Positions 21,273 to 30,393 are shown, numbered from the stretch's first letter. The stretch is 64,000 nt of DNA from Bacteroidetes bacterium QS_8_68_28 (GCA_003022485.1 PXTS01000015.1:753-64752); one strand, 5' to 3'. Translations and numbers: made by a program. The notes: generated by a model from the letters alone, not told the origin.

Positions 21273-22868
21273 GTGCTCGACCGCCCGACCTCGCTCTACG
21301 AAAAAGCCTGCCAGCTCGTCTTCGCCCGGCTGGGGTCGAACCTGCCGCCTACCCGCACCGCCGAAGACGACATCGAGCGCGTCGAGGAGCTACTGGGGCG
21401 TTGCCCCGTCGGGGGGCTCATCTTCTTCAATAGCCACTGGCCCGACGCCCGCGAGAGCCTCGCCCGCGCTCAGAGCGCCAGCCCTTACCCGTTGCTGGTG
21501 GGGGCCGACATCGAGCGCGGCATCGGGCAGGAGGTGCGCGGGGCTACGCGGTTTCCCCACGCGATGGCCTTCGGCGCCATCAGCGCGCGTTCGCATGAGG
21601 AGGCCGAGAAGCTCGTCGAGGAATCCGCCAAAGTGACCGCCCGCGAAGGACGCGCCTGCGGCATCCACATCACCTTCGCCCCGGTGGCGGACGTGAACCT
21701 CACCTCCCAGAACCCCATCATCGCCACGCGCGCCTTCGGGGAAGAGCCGGAGGGCGTGGGGCGCCTGGTGCGAGCCTATCTGCGCGGCTGCCGGACCGAG
21801 GGAATGCTAACCACGCCCAAGCACTTCCCCGGCCACGGCCGCACCACCGCCGATCCGCACGCCGAGATGCCCCTCGTCGAAGCCTCGCGCGAGAAACTGG
21901 CGGAAACGGACTTCGCCCCCTTCCGCGCTGCCTTCGAGGAGAAGGCCGATCTGGTGATGAGCGCGCACGTGGCCTACCCCGCCCTCGATGACAACAAAAC
22001 GCCCGCCACCGGCTCCGAACAAATCTTGAAGGGCCTGCTGCGGGAAGAGATGGGCTTCGAGGGCCCCGCCGTCTCCGACAGCCTCCTTATGGGCGCGGTG
22101 CAGGACACCCACGACAGCCCGGGCGCGCAAGCCGCTGCGCTCGTCGGGGCCGGCGTGGACTTGCTGCTGGACCCGGACGACCCCGAGGCCGTCGCCACCG
22201 GCATCGTCGAGGCTGTCGAGGACGGTTCGCTTCCCGAGGAGCGCGTCGACGAGGCGATGGCCCGCACCTGGCGCCTCAAAGAAGGGCTCGCCGAGCGCCA
22301 CGGGCGCGAGGCCGCCTTCCCCACGCGCGTCGAGCACGACCCCGCCGAGAGCCGCAAGGTCGGCGACACCGAGCACCGGCAGCTGGCCCGCCGCATCGCG
22401 CGCAAGGCGGTGACGACCCTCGACAATGGCACCGGCGCGCTGCCCCTGACCCCCGCGCCGGGAAACAAAATGGTGTTCGTGCGCCTCGCCGCCGGGGAGC
22501 ACACCGACAACGTGCTCCTGGCGAAGGCCGTGCAAGAGACCTTCCCGCAGGCCCGCTACTACGCCGCCGGCCCCGACGTGGAGGAGCGCGAGCTGGAGAT
22601 CCTGCGCCGCGAGGCCACCGACGCCGACACGGTCGTGTTGGCGCTGCGCGTGGAGCCGGCCGCGTGGCACACCTTCGGCCTCACCGAGTCGCAACAACGC
22701 TTCGCCGAGGCCCTCGTGGCCGAGCACCCGACCGTCGTGGCCGCGCTGGGAACCCCGCACGTGCTGGAAGACTTCCCCGGCGCCACCGCCCGCCTCTGCG
22801 CCTACAGCGACGTGCCCGCTTCCCAAGAGGCTCTCGTCGAGGCCCTGGCCGAACGCGGCGGTTCGTGA
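21273..22868 (+). CDS. Glycoside hydrolase family 3 protein (beta-N-acetylhexosaminidase NagZ-like)
   Basis: ORF 21201..22868. The first 24 codons are made of spacer repeat words, so in-frame GTG 21273 (VLDRPTSLYEKACQLVF) is preferred. GH3 text present: LVGADIERGIGQ, KHFPGHGRTTADPH and VSDSLLMGA. Confidence 0.85.
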   Translation: MLDRPTSLYEKACQLVFARLGSNLPPTRTAEDDIERVEELLGRCPVGGLIFFNSHWPDARESLARAQSASPYPLLVGADIERGIGQEVRGATRFPHAMAFGAISARSHEEAEKLVEESAKVTAREGRACGIHITFAPVADVNLTSQNPIIATRAFGEEPEGVGRLVRAYLRGCRTEGMLTTPKHFPGHGRTTADPHAEMPLVEASREKLAETDFAPFRAAFEEKADLVMSAHVAYPALDDNKTPATGSEQILKGLLREEMGFEGPAVSDSLLMGAVQDTHDSPGAQAAALVGAGVDLLLDPDDPEAVATGIVEAVEDGSLPEERVDEAMARTWRLKEGLAERHGREAAFPTRVEHDPAESRKVGDTEHRQLARRIARKAVTTLDNGTGALPLTPAPGNKMVFVRLAAGEHTDNVLLAKAVQETFPQARYYAAGPDVEERELEILRREATDADTVVLALRVEPAAWHTFGLTESQQRFAEALVAEHPTVVAALGTPHVLEDFPGATARLCAYSDVPASQEALVEALAERGGS

Positions 22869-22873
22869 CTCGT

Positions 22874-22893
22874 GGTTCGTCTTCGCTCGCTGG
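22874..22893 (-). repeat. Partial copy of the dispersed spacer repeat
   Basis: The reverse complement CCAGCGAGCGAAGACGAACC shares CAGCGAGCGAAG with the consensus. It is flanked by two copies of CTCGTGGTTCGTCT (22869 and 22894). Confidence 0.45.
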
Positions 22894-22972
22894 CTCGTGG
22901 TTCGTCTCTCGAATGGCAGCCGCGCGCCCTGGCAGCCAATCGTCAATCCCCCATCCAAAATTCAAAGTCGAA

Positions 22973-23566
22973 ATGGCGCTGACCGAATCACAGATGACCG
23001 CCCTGGGCGACGCCGCGCCCGCCTTCGACCTGCCTGCCGCCAACCCCGGCGTGGCTGAAAATCCCGGCATGAGCGGCCGACCCGGCCAGACGCGCGCGCT
23101 CTCGGACTTCGACGAGGCCGAGGCGCTGGTCGTCGTCTTCACGTGCAACCACTGCCCCTACGCCCAGCACGTCGAGCCGGCGCTGATCGAGCTGGCCGCA
23201 GAATATCAGGAGCGCGACGTGGCGTTCGTGGCGATATCTGCAAACGACCCCCAGTCGCACCCCGAGGATTCGTTCGAGAACATGGCCGCGCGCGCCGAGG
23301 ACAAGGGCTACCCGTTTCCCTATCTCTATGACGAGAGCCAGGAGGTGGCCCGCGCCTACGAGGCCGCCTGCACGCCGGATTTCTTCGTCTACGGCCCCGA
23401 GCGGCGGCTGGCCTACCGGGGCCGCTTCGACGCCACGCGCCCCAACAAGGGCACGCCCACCGGCGAGGACCTGCGCGCGGCGCTCGACGAGCTGCTGGAC
23501 ACCGGCGAGGTAACGGGCGAGCAGCACCCGTCGGTGGGGTGCAACATCAAATGGCGGGCAGATTGA
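22973..23566 (+). CDS. Thioredoxin-fold protein (AhpC/TSA-like, CxxC)
   Basis: ORF 22664..23566 trimmed to ATG 22973 (MALTESQMTALGDAAPAFDLPA). Redox motif is VVFTCNHCPYAQH. Confidence 0.8.
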   Translation: MALTESQMTALGDAAPAFDLPAANPGVAENPGMSGRPGQTRALSDFDEAEALVVVFTCNHCPYAQHVEPALIELAAEYQERDVAFVAISANDPQSHPEDSFENMAARAEDKGYPFPYLYDESQEVARAYEAACTPDFFVYGPERRLAYRGRFDATRPNKGTPTGEDLRAALDELLDTGEVTGEQHPSVGCNIKWRAD

Positions 23567-23640
23567 AAAGTTGAGAAACGAGAATTGGAGATTGGTCAGC
23601 GGGCCGAGACCAATTTTCAATACCCAATCTGAAATTCGCA
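23567..23640 (+). promoter_or_regulatory. ~70-nt intercistronic cassette abutting the nhaC-family start codon (homologous to 45220..45290)
   Basis: It fills the whole spacer between the stop at 23566 and ATG 23641. ATTGGTC / GACCAAT arms flank a GC-rich core and are followed by TTTTCAATACCCAATCTGAAATTCGCA-ATG. About 60 nt align with the reverse complement of 45220-45290. Confidence 0.6.
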
Positions 23641-25083
23641 ATGGGAGTCCTTTTGCCGCCGCTGCTGGCCATCGGGCTGGCGTTGTGGACGCGGCAGATC
23701 TACCTCTCGCTGCTGGCGGGGCTGTGGCTGGGCACGACGCTCCTGGCCGGGGGAAACCCCGTGATCGGTCTGCGCCTGCTGGCCGAAGAAGTAGTGGCCG
23801 TCTTCGGGAGTGAGAGCAACGCACGCATCCTCATTTTCTGCATTCTGGTGGGCGGATTGGTCGCGCTGGTGCAGGTGTCCGGCGGCGTGGCGGGTTTCAT
23901 CCAGTGGGCGCAGAAGCGCGGCTGGGGCCGGACGCGCCGCCGCGCGGAGCTTTTGGCATGGGGCACGGGCATGGCGCTCTTCGTGGAGTCGAACATCTCT
24001 TCGCTGACGGTGGGGGCGGTGAGCCGACCGCTCTTCGACACGCTCCAGATCCCGCGCGAGAAGCTGGCCTACTACTGCGATGCCACCTGCGCGCCGGTCT
24101 GCATGATGATCCCGTTCAACGGCTGGGGCGCCTACGTGCTGGGCCTCATCGCCACCCAGGGCGTGGCCGAGGGGCGGACCGTCGCGCTCCTGGCCGGGGC
24201 GCTCCCGTACAACTTCTTTGCGCTCTTTGCCATTCTCTTTGCGTTGGGGCTGGCGGTGACCGGCTGGGGCTTCGGCCCCATGCGCCGCGCCGAAGAGCGC
24301 GCGCAGGAGACGGGTCACGTCCTCGCCGAAGGGGCACGCCCGATGGTCTCGGAGGAAGTCGCCGCGCTCGAACCCGTCGAGCAGGCGCCGCGCCGGGCGC
24401 GCGACTTGCTCGTGCCGCTGGCGGTGATGGTAGCGATGATCTTTGTGGGGCTCTACGTCACCGGCGGCGGTGACCTGATGGCCGGCAGCGGCTCGACGGC
24501 GGTGCTCTGGGCGGTGGGGGGGGCCGTCGGCGCGGCGGCGCTCTTCTACGCCGTGCCGCGCCCGCCGACGAGAGCGGGCGGCGGCGAGCGCCAGTCGGTG
24601 CTCTCGCTCACCGAATCCACCGAGTGGGCGCTCAAGGGCGGAGCGGGGCTGCTGGGCGTGACGGTCCTGCTGGTGTTGGCCTTCGCGCTGGGGAGCGTCT
24701 CACGCCAGCTCGAAATGGGCGCCTACCTCGTCGGCCTCGTCGAGGGCGTCGGGGCGGCGTGGTGGATGCCGGCGACCATCTTTGTGGTAAACGGGGGCGC
24801 GGCCTTCACGCTGGGCTCCTCGTGGACGGCCTTCGCCATCATGATTCCGATTGCGCTTCCACTGGCTGAGGGGCTGGGCCTTCCCGCGACGCTGGTGCTG
24901 GGAGCCACTCTCTCGGGCGGCATCTTCGGGGACCACGCTTCCCCGCTCTCCGACACTTCGATTATCTCCTCGATGGCCGCCGCCAGTGACCACGTGGACC
25001 ACGTCAACACGCAGCTCCCGTACTCGCTGGCGGTGGGCGCGGCAGCGCTGGCGGCGTTCCTGGTGGCCGGGGCGCTGGCGTGA
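23641..25083 (+). CDS. NhaC-family Na+/H+ antiporter-like membrane transporter
   Basis: 480 aa and polytopic. The N-terminus MGVLLPPLLAIGLALWTRQIYLSLLAGLWLG and overall pattern are typical of the NhaC family. Confidence 0.8.
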   Translation: MGVLLPPLLAIGLALWTRQIYLSLLAGLWLGTTLLAGGNPVIGLRLLAEEVVAVFGSESNARILIFCILVGGLVALVQVSGGVAGFIQWAQKRGWGRTRRRAELLAWGTGMALFVESNISSLTVGAVSRPLFDTLQIPREKLAYYCDATCAPVCMMIPFNGWGAYVLGLIATQGVAEGRTVALLAGALPYNFFALFAILFALGLAVTGWGFGPMRRAEERAQETGHVLAEGARPMVSEEVAALEPVEQAPRRARDLLVPLAVMVAMIFVGLYVTGGGDLMAGSGSTAVLWAVGGAVGAAALFYAVPRPPTRAGGGERQSVLSLTESTEWALKGGAGLLGVTVLLVLAFALGSVSRQLEMGAYLVGLVEGVGAAWWMPATIFVVNGGAAFTLGSSWTAFAIMIPIALPLAEGLGLPATLVLGATLSGGIFGDHASPLSDTSIISSMAAASDHVDHVNTQLPYSLAVGAAALAAFLVAGALA

Positions 25084-25352
25084 GGAAGGACGGCAGACCG
25101 TGAACGGAAGACGGCGGCTTTTCGTCCTGAGAGGCCTGTCGTTTGCCGCACCGGGCGGCAACGCAGCGAGCGCAAAACACGAAACAGACTTCTACCGCGA
25201 CATCAACTTCTCAAAACAGTACAACGACCCGCGAACCCACACGTAAAAAGCTTGCGCGCTGGCTCGCTTTTCGCAAACACTGCCCTGGCCGGTGCGTTTC
25301 TGCAGACAAGAAAAAGCTGCACATTTCTTCTTCTCGCACTTCCCTGTTGCCT

Positions 25353-25601
25353 ATGTCTTCCGAGACGTTCGACCGCGACACCCCCTTCTTTGGCGAAAAG
25401 ACGTCTTCGCGCCGCACCGCCGTTGCTTGGGCGGTGCTCTTTGGGGCGGGCACGACGCTGGCCAAGAAGATCGGCTCGCGCTACCTGATGGGCGAAAAGA
25501 TGCGCCTGGAATGGTCGGACCTGACGACCGTGGCGGTGAGCGCGACGGTCAGCTACCTTTCCTTCCGCCGCAGCCACGACGACGACTTCACGCTGGGCTG
25601 A
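25353..25601 (+). CDS. Small hypothetical membrane-associated protein (82 aa)
   Basis: ORF 25143..25601 trimmed to ATG 25353 (MSSETFDRDTPFFGEK). Hand count gives ~88% G/C at third codon positions. It has one or two hydrophobic stretches. Confidence 0.55.
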   Translation: MSSETFDRDTPFFGEKTSSRRTAVAWAVLFGAGTTLAKKIGSRYLMGEKMRLEWSDLTTVAVSATVSYLSFRRSHDDDFTLG

Positions 25602-25655
25602 TGCCCTCGGCGGTTCTCGCTTTTTCCTTTTCGCACGCAGTACCCGCTCTCGCTC

Positions 25656-25895
25656 ATGGCCTCTGACGACCGCCCCAGCTCCTTCCAGCCCGGCAAGCCG
25701 CACCCGCCGACGCAGGGCGGAAGTGGCTTCCCGAAGACGCATCTCGTCGTGGCTGCCGTGTCGTCGGCGATGGTGGTGATGATTCTGGCGCTTGCGGTGC
25801 CGCAGTCCCTCGGCTGGGCGGGGATGCTCGCGGTGGCGGTCGGGGTTTTCGCCGTCGTGACGAGCGTGGACTACTTGGGCAACCGCAGCGCGTAG
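25656..25895 (+). CDS. Small hypothetical membrane protein (79 aa, 2 TM)
   Basis: ORF track. Third-position G/C is ~90%. TM stretches are HLVVAAVSSAMVVMILALAV and WAGMLAVAVGVFAVVTSV. Confidence 0.6.
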   Translation: MASDDRPSSFQPGKPHPPTQGGSGFPKTHLVVAAVSSAMVVMILALAVPQSLGWAGMLAVAVGVFAVVTSVDYLGNRSA

Positions 25896-25949
25896 CCCGG
25901 CCTTCGCCCTCTTCTTCGTGTGCAGACTTTGCAGCAACGCTTTCCCGCC

Positions 25950-26171
25950 ATGTTCGACAGCCGCGCGTTTCGGTCATGGCCGCGCGTCTTGGCCGGCGCA
26001 CTGAGCTTCGGGACGCTCTGCGCGGTGGTGATGCTCCTGGCCGATGCTCTCTTCGAGGGCGGCTTCCGCCTTTCGCGTCGCGTGGTCGCCTTCGGCGGGA
26101 TCGCTTTTGCCGGCTACCTCAGCGCTGCTTGGCTGGTACGTCTCGAAGGAGAGGTCCGCCGACCCGACTGA
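25950..26171 (+). CDS. Small hypothetical membrane protein (73 aa, 2 TM)
   Basis: ORF 25920..26171 (GTG) or ATG 25950 (MFDSRAF). TM stretches are VLAGALSFGTLCAVVMLLA and VAFGGIAFAGYLSAAWLV. Third-position G/C is lower (~77%). Confidence 0.5.
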   Translation: MFDSRAFRSWPRVLAGALSFGTLCAVVMLLADALFEGGFRLSRRVVAFGGIAFAGYLSAAWLVRLEGEVRRPD

Positions 26172-26289
26172 TTCAGGCCGACGCCCCGAGCCTGCGCAGG
26201 CGAACATCGCAGGCGACTGCACATTTTCCCGAAAGCGGTATCGCCGCGGCCGTCCCGCTCGCTTCTTTCCCAAAGCCGTCTCCCTCGCC

Positions 26290-27195
26290 ATGCCCGAGCC
26301 CGAAGCCCCCGACCAGGAAACCGCCCACACCGCCGAGGAACATCCCGCTGCCGGCGACGGCGCCGCCTCAGGCGAGGTAGACGAACGATCGGCTTTCGAG
26401 AAGGCCGCCGAGAGCGAGGAGGACGTGGACCCGCGCACGATTCCGCAGAGCCTTGACGAGCGCCCGCCCATCGGCGACGAGATCGAATATCCCGACTACG
26501 ACGAGGAGCGCCACGAAATCTGGGGCACGCTCGTGGAGCGCCAGACCGAGCAGCTTCCCGGGCGCGCCTGCGACGCCTACGAAAAGGGCCTGGAGGTGCT
26601 CAACATCACGCCCGAGCGCATTCCCCCGCTGGCGGACCTGAGCGCGCGCCTCGAAGACGCCACGGGCTGGCAGGTGGCCCGCATCCCGGGCCTGCTGCAC
26701 GAAAAGGACTTCTTCAACCTGCTGGCCAACCGCCACTTTCCTTCCACGGACTACGTGCGCGACTGGGACGAGCTCGACTACACGCCCGCGCCGGACTGCT
26801 TCCACGACATCTTCGGCCACATGCCGATGCTCACGCAGCCGGAGTTTGCCGACTTCTACCAGCTCTTCGGCCAGGCCGCGCTGAAGGCCGAGGGGGCCGA
26901 GCGCCCGGCCCTGGAAGCGTTTCACTGGTTCACCGTCGAGTTTGGGCTTCTGGAGGAACCGGAGGGCACGCGCCTCTTCGGGGCCGGCATCGTGTCGAGC
27001 AACGAAGAGGTCACGCACGCCCTTTCCGACCAGGTCGAGAAGCTCCCCTTCGACCCCGACACGCTCGTAGAGACTGATTACGAGGTGTACAACCTTCAGG
27101 ACAAGCTCTTCGTGATGGACTCCTTCGAGCAGCTCGTGGACGGCTTCCGTGACTGGACGCAAGAGCGCGACTTGCTGAACGGCGAGGCGGCGTGA
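26290..27195 (+). CDS. phhA: Phenylalanine 4-monooxygenase (aromatic amino acid hydroxylase)
   Basis: ORF 26044..27195 trimmed to ATG 26290 (MPEPEAPDQ). Iron-ligand context is PDCFHDIFGHMPML, followed by FHWFTVEFGLLEE. Confidence 0.9.
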   Translation: MPEPEAPDQETAHTAEEHPAAGDGAASGEVDERSAFEKAAESEEDVDPRTIPQSLDERPPIGDEIEYPDYDEERHEIWGTLVERQTEQLPGRACDAYEKGLEVLNITPERIPPLADLSARLEDATGWQVARIPGLLHEKDFFNLLANRHFPSTDYVRDWDELDYTPAPDCFHDIFGHMPMLTQPEFADFYQLFGQAALKAEGAERPALEAFHWFTVEFGLLEEPEGTRLFGAGIVSSNEEVTHALSDQVEKLPFDPDTLVETDYEVYNLQDKLFVMDSFEQLVDGFRDWTQERDLLNGEAA

Positions 27196-27303
27196 GTTCA
27201 GGTCATAGACAGCGCTGGACACGCGCAGGGAAGGGGGCGGCGGTAACGCACTCTACAATCTCTACAATTCCCACAGCACTCCAATACGCCGACACTTTTT
27301 CAT

Positions 27304-27591
27304 ATGAGCACCTCCACGCAAGAGCGCCTCTCCGCGCAGGTTATGGGCCGCGTGCAGGGCGTCGGCTTTCGTCACTTCGTGCGCACGCAGGCCGGCCGCC
27401 GCGACCTGGCCGGTTGGGTGAAAAATGAGAGCGACGGGTCGGTGCGCGTCGAGGCCGAAGGACCGCGCGACGATCTCGAAAACCTGCTCGATGCGCTCCG
27501 CGACGGCCCGCGCGCGGCGAAGGTCCAAGACGTCTCTGCCGACTGGCAAGACGCCTCGGGCGACTTCGAGATCTTCGAGGTGCGGCACTGA
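27304..27591 (+). CDS. acyP: Acylphosphatase
   Basis: 95 aa, with VMGRVQGVGFRHFV and GWVKNESDGSVRVEAEG. Confidence 0.9.
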   Translation: MSTSTQERLSAQVMGRVQGVGFRHFVRTQAGRRDLAGWVKNESDGSVRVEAEGPRDDLENLLDALRDGPRAAKVQDVSADWQDASGDFEIFEVRH

Positions 27592-27674
27592 GGGGCGGGG
27601 AGCAAATTTGGCGTGTGGGCCTGACTTTTACAATGTCAAGATCGCGGGCTCATTCTTCGAAACGACCAACGAAA

Positions 27675-28460
27675 CTAAATCATCGCCTCGAAGGCGCGCT
27701 CCAGGATCGCCAGGAGCGGGCGGCGTGGCGCGAGGCGCCCGGCCAGCGCGCCGGCCTTGTTGCCCGCCCCGCTGACGACGGCGCGGCGGCCCGCCAGCAG
27801 CGCGCGGAGCCCCACCCGCGCTACCTTCTCGGCCGATTCCATCGGGCCGAAGGCGACGTTCTGCGAATCGGCGCGCGACTGAAAGCCGGTGCGCGTGGGC
27901 CCGGGGCTCAGGCAGGTGACGGCGACGCCCCGCTCCCGGTACTCTGCCCAGAGCGCTTGCGAGAAGTGCAGGACGTAGCTCTTGGAGGCGGCGTAGACGG
28001 CGAAATAGGGCACCGGCTGGTGCGCTGCCGTCGAGGCCACGTTGAGGATGCCCGCGCCGGCCTCCGCTCCCAGCATGTGCGGCAGACACCGCCGCGTGAG
28101 GCCCGTCAGGTTGGTGACGCTGAGGGAGAGCATCTCGGCATACTTCGCGGCCGGGACGTTCTCGAAGCGCCCCAGCGCCCCGAAGCCGGCGTTGTTGACG
28201 AGCACGTCCGGCGCGAAGCCCTCGCGCGTGACGGCGTCGTGGAGCGCGGCGTCGGCCCTGGGCGCGCTCAGGTCGTGCGGGAAGACGCGCGCGGCAGCGC
28301 CGTGCTGTTTCGCCTCGTCGGCGACCGCGCGCAGGCGTTCCTCCGAGCGGGCCGTGAGCAGAAGCGTCACCGTCGGGTCGGCGAGCCGGCGCGCCATCGC
28401 AGCTCCGATGCCGCCGCTGGCGCCGGTGAGGAGAATCGTTTTGTCTTTGAAGGTTTTCAC
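27675..28460 (-). CDS. Short-chain dehydrogenase/reductase (SDR) family oxidoreductase
   Basis: ORF 27675..28787 trimmed to in-frame GTG 28460 (VKTFKDKTILLTGASGGIG). Contains NNAG and the catalytic YAASK. Confidence 0.85.
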   Translation of the reverse strand: MKTFKDKTILLTGASGGIGAAMARRLADPTVTLLLTARSEERLRAVADEAKQHGAAARVFPHDLSAPRADAALHDAVTREGFAPDVLVNNAGFGALGRFENVPAAKYAEMLSLSVTNLTGLTRRCLPHMLGAEAGAGILNVASTAAHQPVPYFAVYAASKSYVLHFSQALWAEYRERGVAVTCLSPGPTRTGFQSRADSQNVAFGPMESAEKVARVGLRALLAGRRAVVSGAGNKAGALAGRLAPRRPLLAILERAFEAMI

Positions 28461-28581
28461 AGGGGAAAGAGCGGAAAGGGAAGAGGGCGTGGCCGCCGGC
28501 GCTCCGTTCGAGAAACGTAGTCCGCAATATATCGTGCCCTGGCGTGCCGCGTCCAGGGCCGTTCCTTCAGAACCCCCCCGC

Positions 28582-29493
28582 ATGGCAGACCCGCCCTCCG
28601 CAAAAGAGCAATCCGCAGGGCCGCCCACGCGCCATGTGCTCTTGGCCGAGGGGGCGCGCTGCCTCGCGGCGGCCGCCGAGGGGGCCGGCGTCGGGGACGC
28701 GCGCCGCGAGGCCGAGTGGCTCCTCGCCGACGTGCTGGGCGCGCTGGGCCGCGCCGCGCTGCACGCTCGCGTCCACCGGCGCGTCACCGGGGACGAGGCG
28801 CGCCGCTTTCGCGCGTTGCTGCGCCGCCGCGCCGAGGGCGAACCGCTGGCCTACGTCCTCGGCCACACCGACTTCCGGGGGTTGCGCCTGGCGGTGTCGC
28901 CCGCCGTCCTCATCCCTCGTCCCGAGACGGAAACCCTCGTCGAAGCGGCCCTGCGCCGCTTGGAGGACGTGCGGCAGCCAAAGGTTCTCGACGCAGGCAC
29001 CGGGAGTGGCTGCATTGCGCTGGCGCTCGCCTCCGAGCGCCCGGAGGCCGACGTGCACGCCTGCGACGTGAGCCGCGAGGCGCTCGCCGTGGCTCGCGCC
29101 AATGCCGATGCTTGCGACCTGGCGGCGCACTTCTTCCGCGCCGACATGCAGGCCGGCGCTTTTCTCGAAAAAAGCCCTGCCGGCCTCGACCTCCTCATTG
29201 CCAACCCACCCTACGTGCCCGATGCGGAGCGGTCCACGCTTCCCGAGGCCGTGCGGAATCATGAGCCAGGCGTGGCGCTCTTCAGCGGCGGCGATCCGCT
29301 GCACTTTTACCGCGCGCTGGCAAAGCACGCCTCCCAGATGCTGGTGCCGGGGGGCCATCTCGTGCTGGAGGCGCACGCCGGGCACGCCGAGGCGGTCGCC
29401 GCGCTTCTGCGCGAGGGCGGACTGAAAAGCGTGGGGGTCGAGCAGGATGCTTTCGGCAAAGAGCGCGTCGTGGCGGGGCGCTGGGGGGCGTAG
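28582..29493 (+). CDS. prmC: Peptide chain release factor N5-glutamine methyltransferase
   Basis: ORF 28042..29493 trimmed to ATG 28582 (MADPPSAKE). Contains PLAYVLGHTDFRGL, VLDAGTGSGCIALA and the NPPY motif (IANPPYVP). Confidence 0.9.
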   Translation: MADPPSAKEQSAGPPTRHVLLAEGARCLAAAAEGAGVGDARREAEWLLADVLGALGRAALHARVHRRVTGDEARRFRALLRRRAEGEPLAYVLGHTDFRGLRLAVSPAVLIPRPETETLVEAALRRLEDVRQPKVLDAGTGSGCIALALASERPEADVHACDVSREALAVARANADACDLAAHFFRADMQAGAFLEKSPAGLDLLIANPPYVPDAERSTLPEAVRNHEPGVALFSGGDPLHFYRALAKHASQMLVPGGHLVLEAHAGHAEAVAALLREGGLKSVGVEQDAFGKERVVAGRWGA

Positions 29494-29564
29494 GGGCGGC
29501 CGACGTGAACGGGAACGGGACAGGCACGTATTTGCTTACCTCTCCGGCAACGCGCAGGCCCGCC

Positions 29565-29984
29565 ATGTCCGCCTCTTCTTCCGATCTTGCGACCGCTCTC
29601 GCGCGGGTGCTTCGAGCGCAACGCGGCGTGCGCTTCGCCGTGCTCTACGGTTCCCACGCCGAAGGGCGGGCCACACCCGTGAGCGACCTCGACGTGGCCG
29701 TTTACGTAGACGACGCAGGCGACGTTCTCGCGGTGGCCGCTGTGCTGGATGAAGCGTTCCCCGAGGTGCACGTAGATCTGGTGGACCTCAGCGTACAGCC
29801 GTCGCTCGTGTATTACGAGATCTTGGCGAGCGGGCGGCTGCTCTTCGCGCGCGACGACGCCTTTTTCAAAAAAGAGAAGCTGCGCGTAATGCGCGAGTAC
29901 CTCGACTTTCGCCCCACCTACGAGCGCATGCTCGACGCGATGGATCGACGAATCGAAGCGGGGGACTATGGACAGCCTGCGTAG
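29565..29984 (+). CDS. mntA: Nucleotidyltransferase-domain antitoxin MntA (type VII TA)
   Basis: ORF 29505..29984 with internal ATG 29565. MNT motif is LYGSHAEGRATPVSDLDVAVY. It overlaps the downstream DUF86 gene by 17 nt. Confidence 0.8.
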   Translation: MSASSSDLATALARVLRAQRGVRFAVLYGSHAEGRATPVSDLDVAVYVDDAGDVLAVAAVLDEAFPEVHVDLVDLSVQPSLVYYEILASGRLLFARDDAFFKKEKLRVMREYLDFRPTYERMLDAMDRRIEAGDYGQPA

Positions 29985-30393
29985 TCGTCTCAAGGAGTTG
30001 GAGGATGCGCTCGGCGAGCTGGAGTCCTTCCGCCGGCAGACATTCGCGGAACTCGAAGGCCGGCGGCGCGAGCGCTGGGCGCTGCGCTACGGGATGCTCG
30101 AGGCCATCCAGATCGTTATCGACGTGGCGTGTGCGGTGGTGAGCCACGAAAACCTGGGCCACCCCAAGAGCTACGCCGAGTGCCTGCGCATCCTGGGCCG
30201 CGAAGGACGCCTCGATGAAGCGCTGGCCGGGCGCCTGGCGCGCGCTGTGGGCCTGCGCAACGTGCTGATCCACGATTACCTCGACGTGAACGACCGGCTC
30301 GTGTTCGAGGCGCTGGAGAACCTGGACGACCTGCGGGCCTTCGCGGCGCAGATCGCTCGCACCGATACCGACAGCGGTAATGCAAGCACATGA
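29968..30393 (+). CDS. hepT: HepT (DUF86) RNase toxin
   Basis: 141 aa. Rx4HxY motif is GLRNVLIHDY. The operon order (nucleotidyltransferase then DUF86) is canonical. Confidence 0.85.
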   Translation: MDSLRSRLKELEDALGELESFRRQTFAELEGRRRERWALRYGMLEAIQIVIDVACAVVSHENLGHPKSYAECLRILGREGRLDEALAGRLARAVGLRNVLIHDYLDVNDRLVFEALENLDDLRAFAAQIARTDTDSGNAST

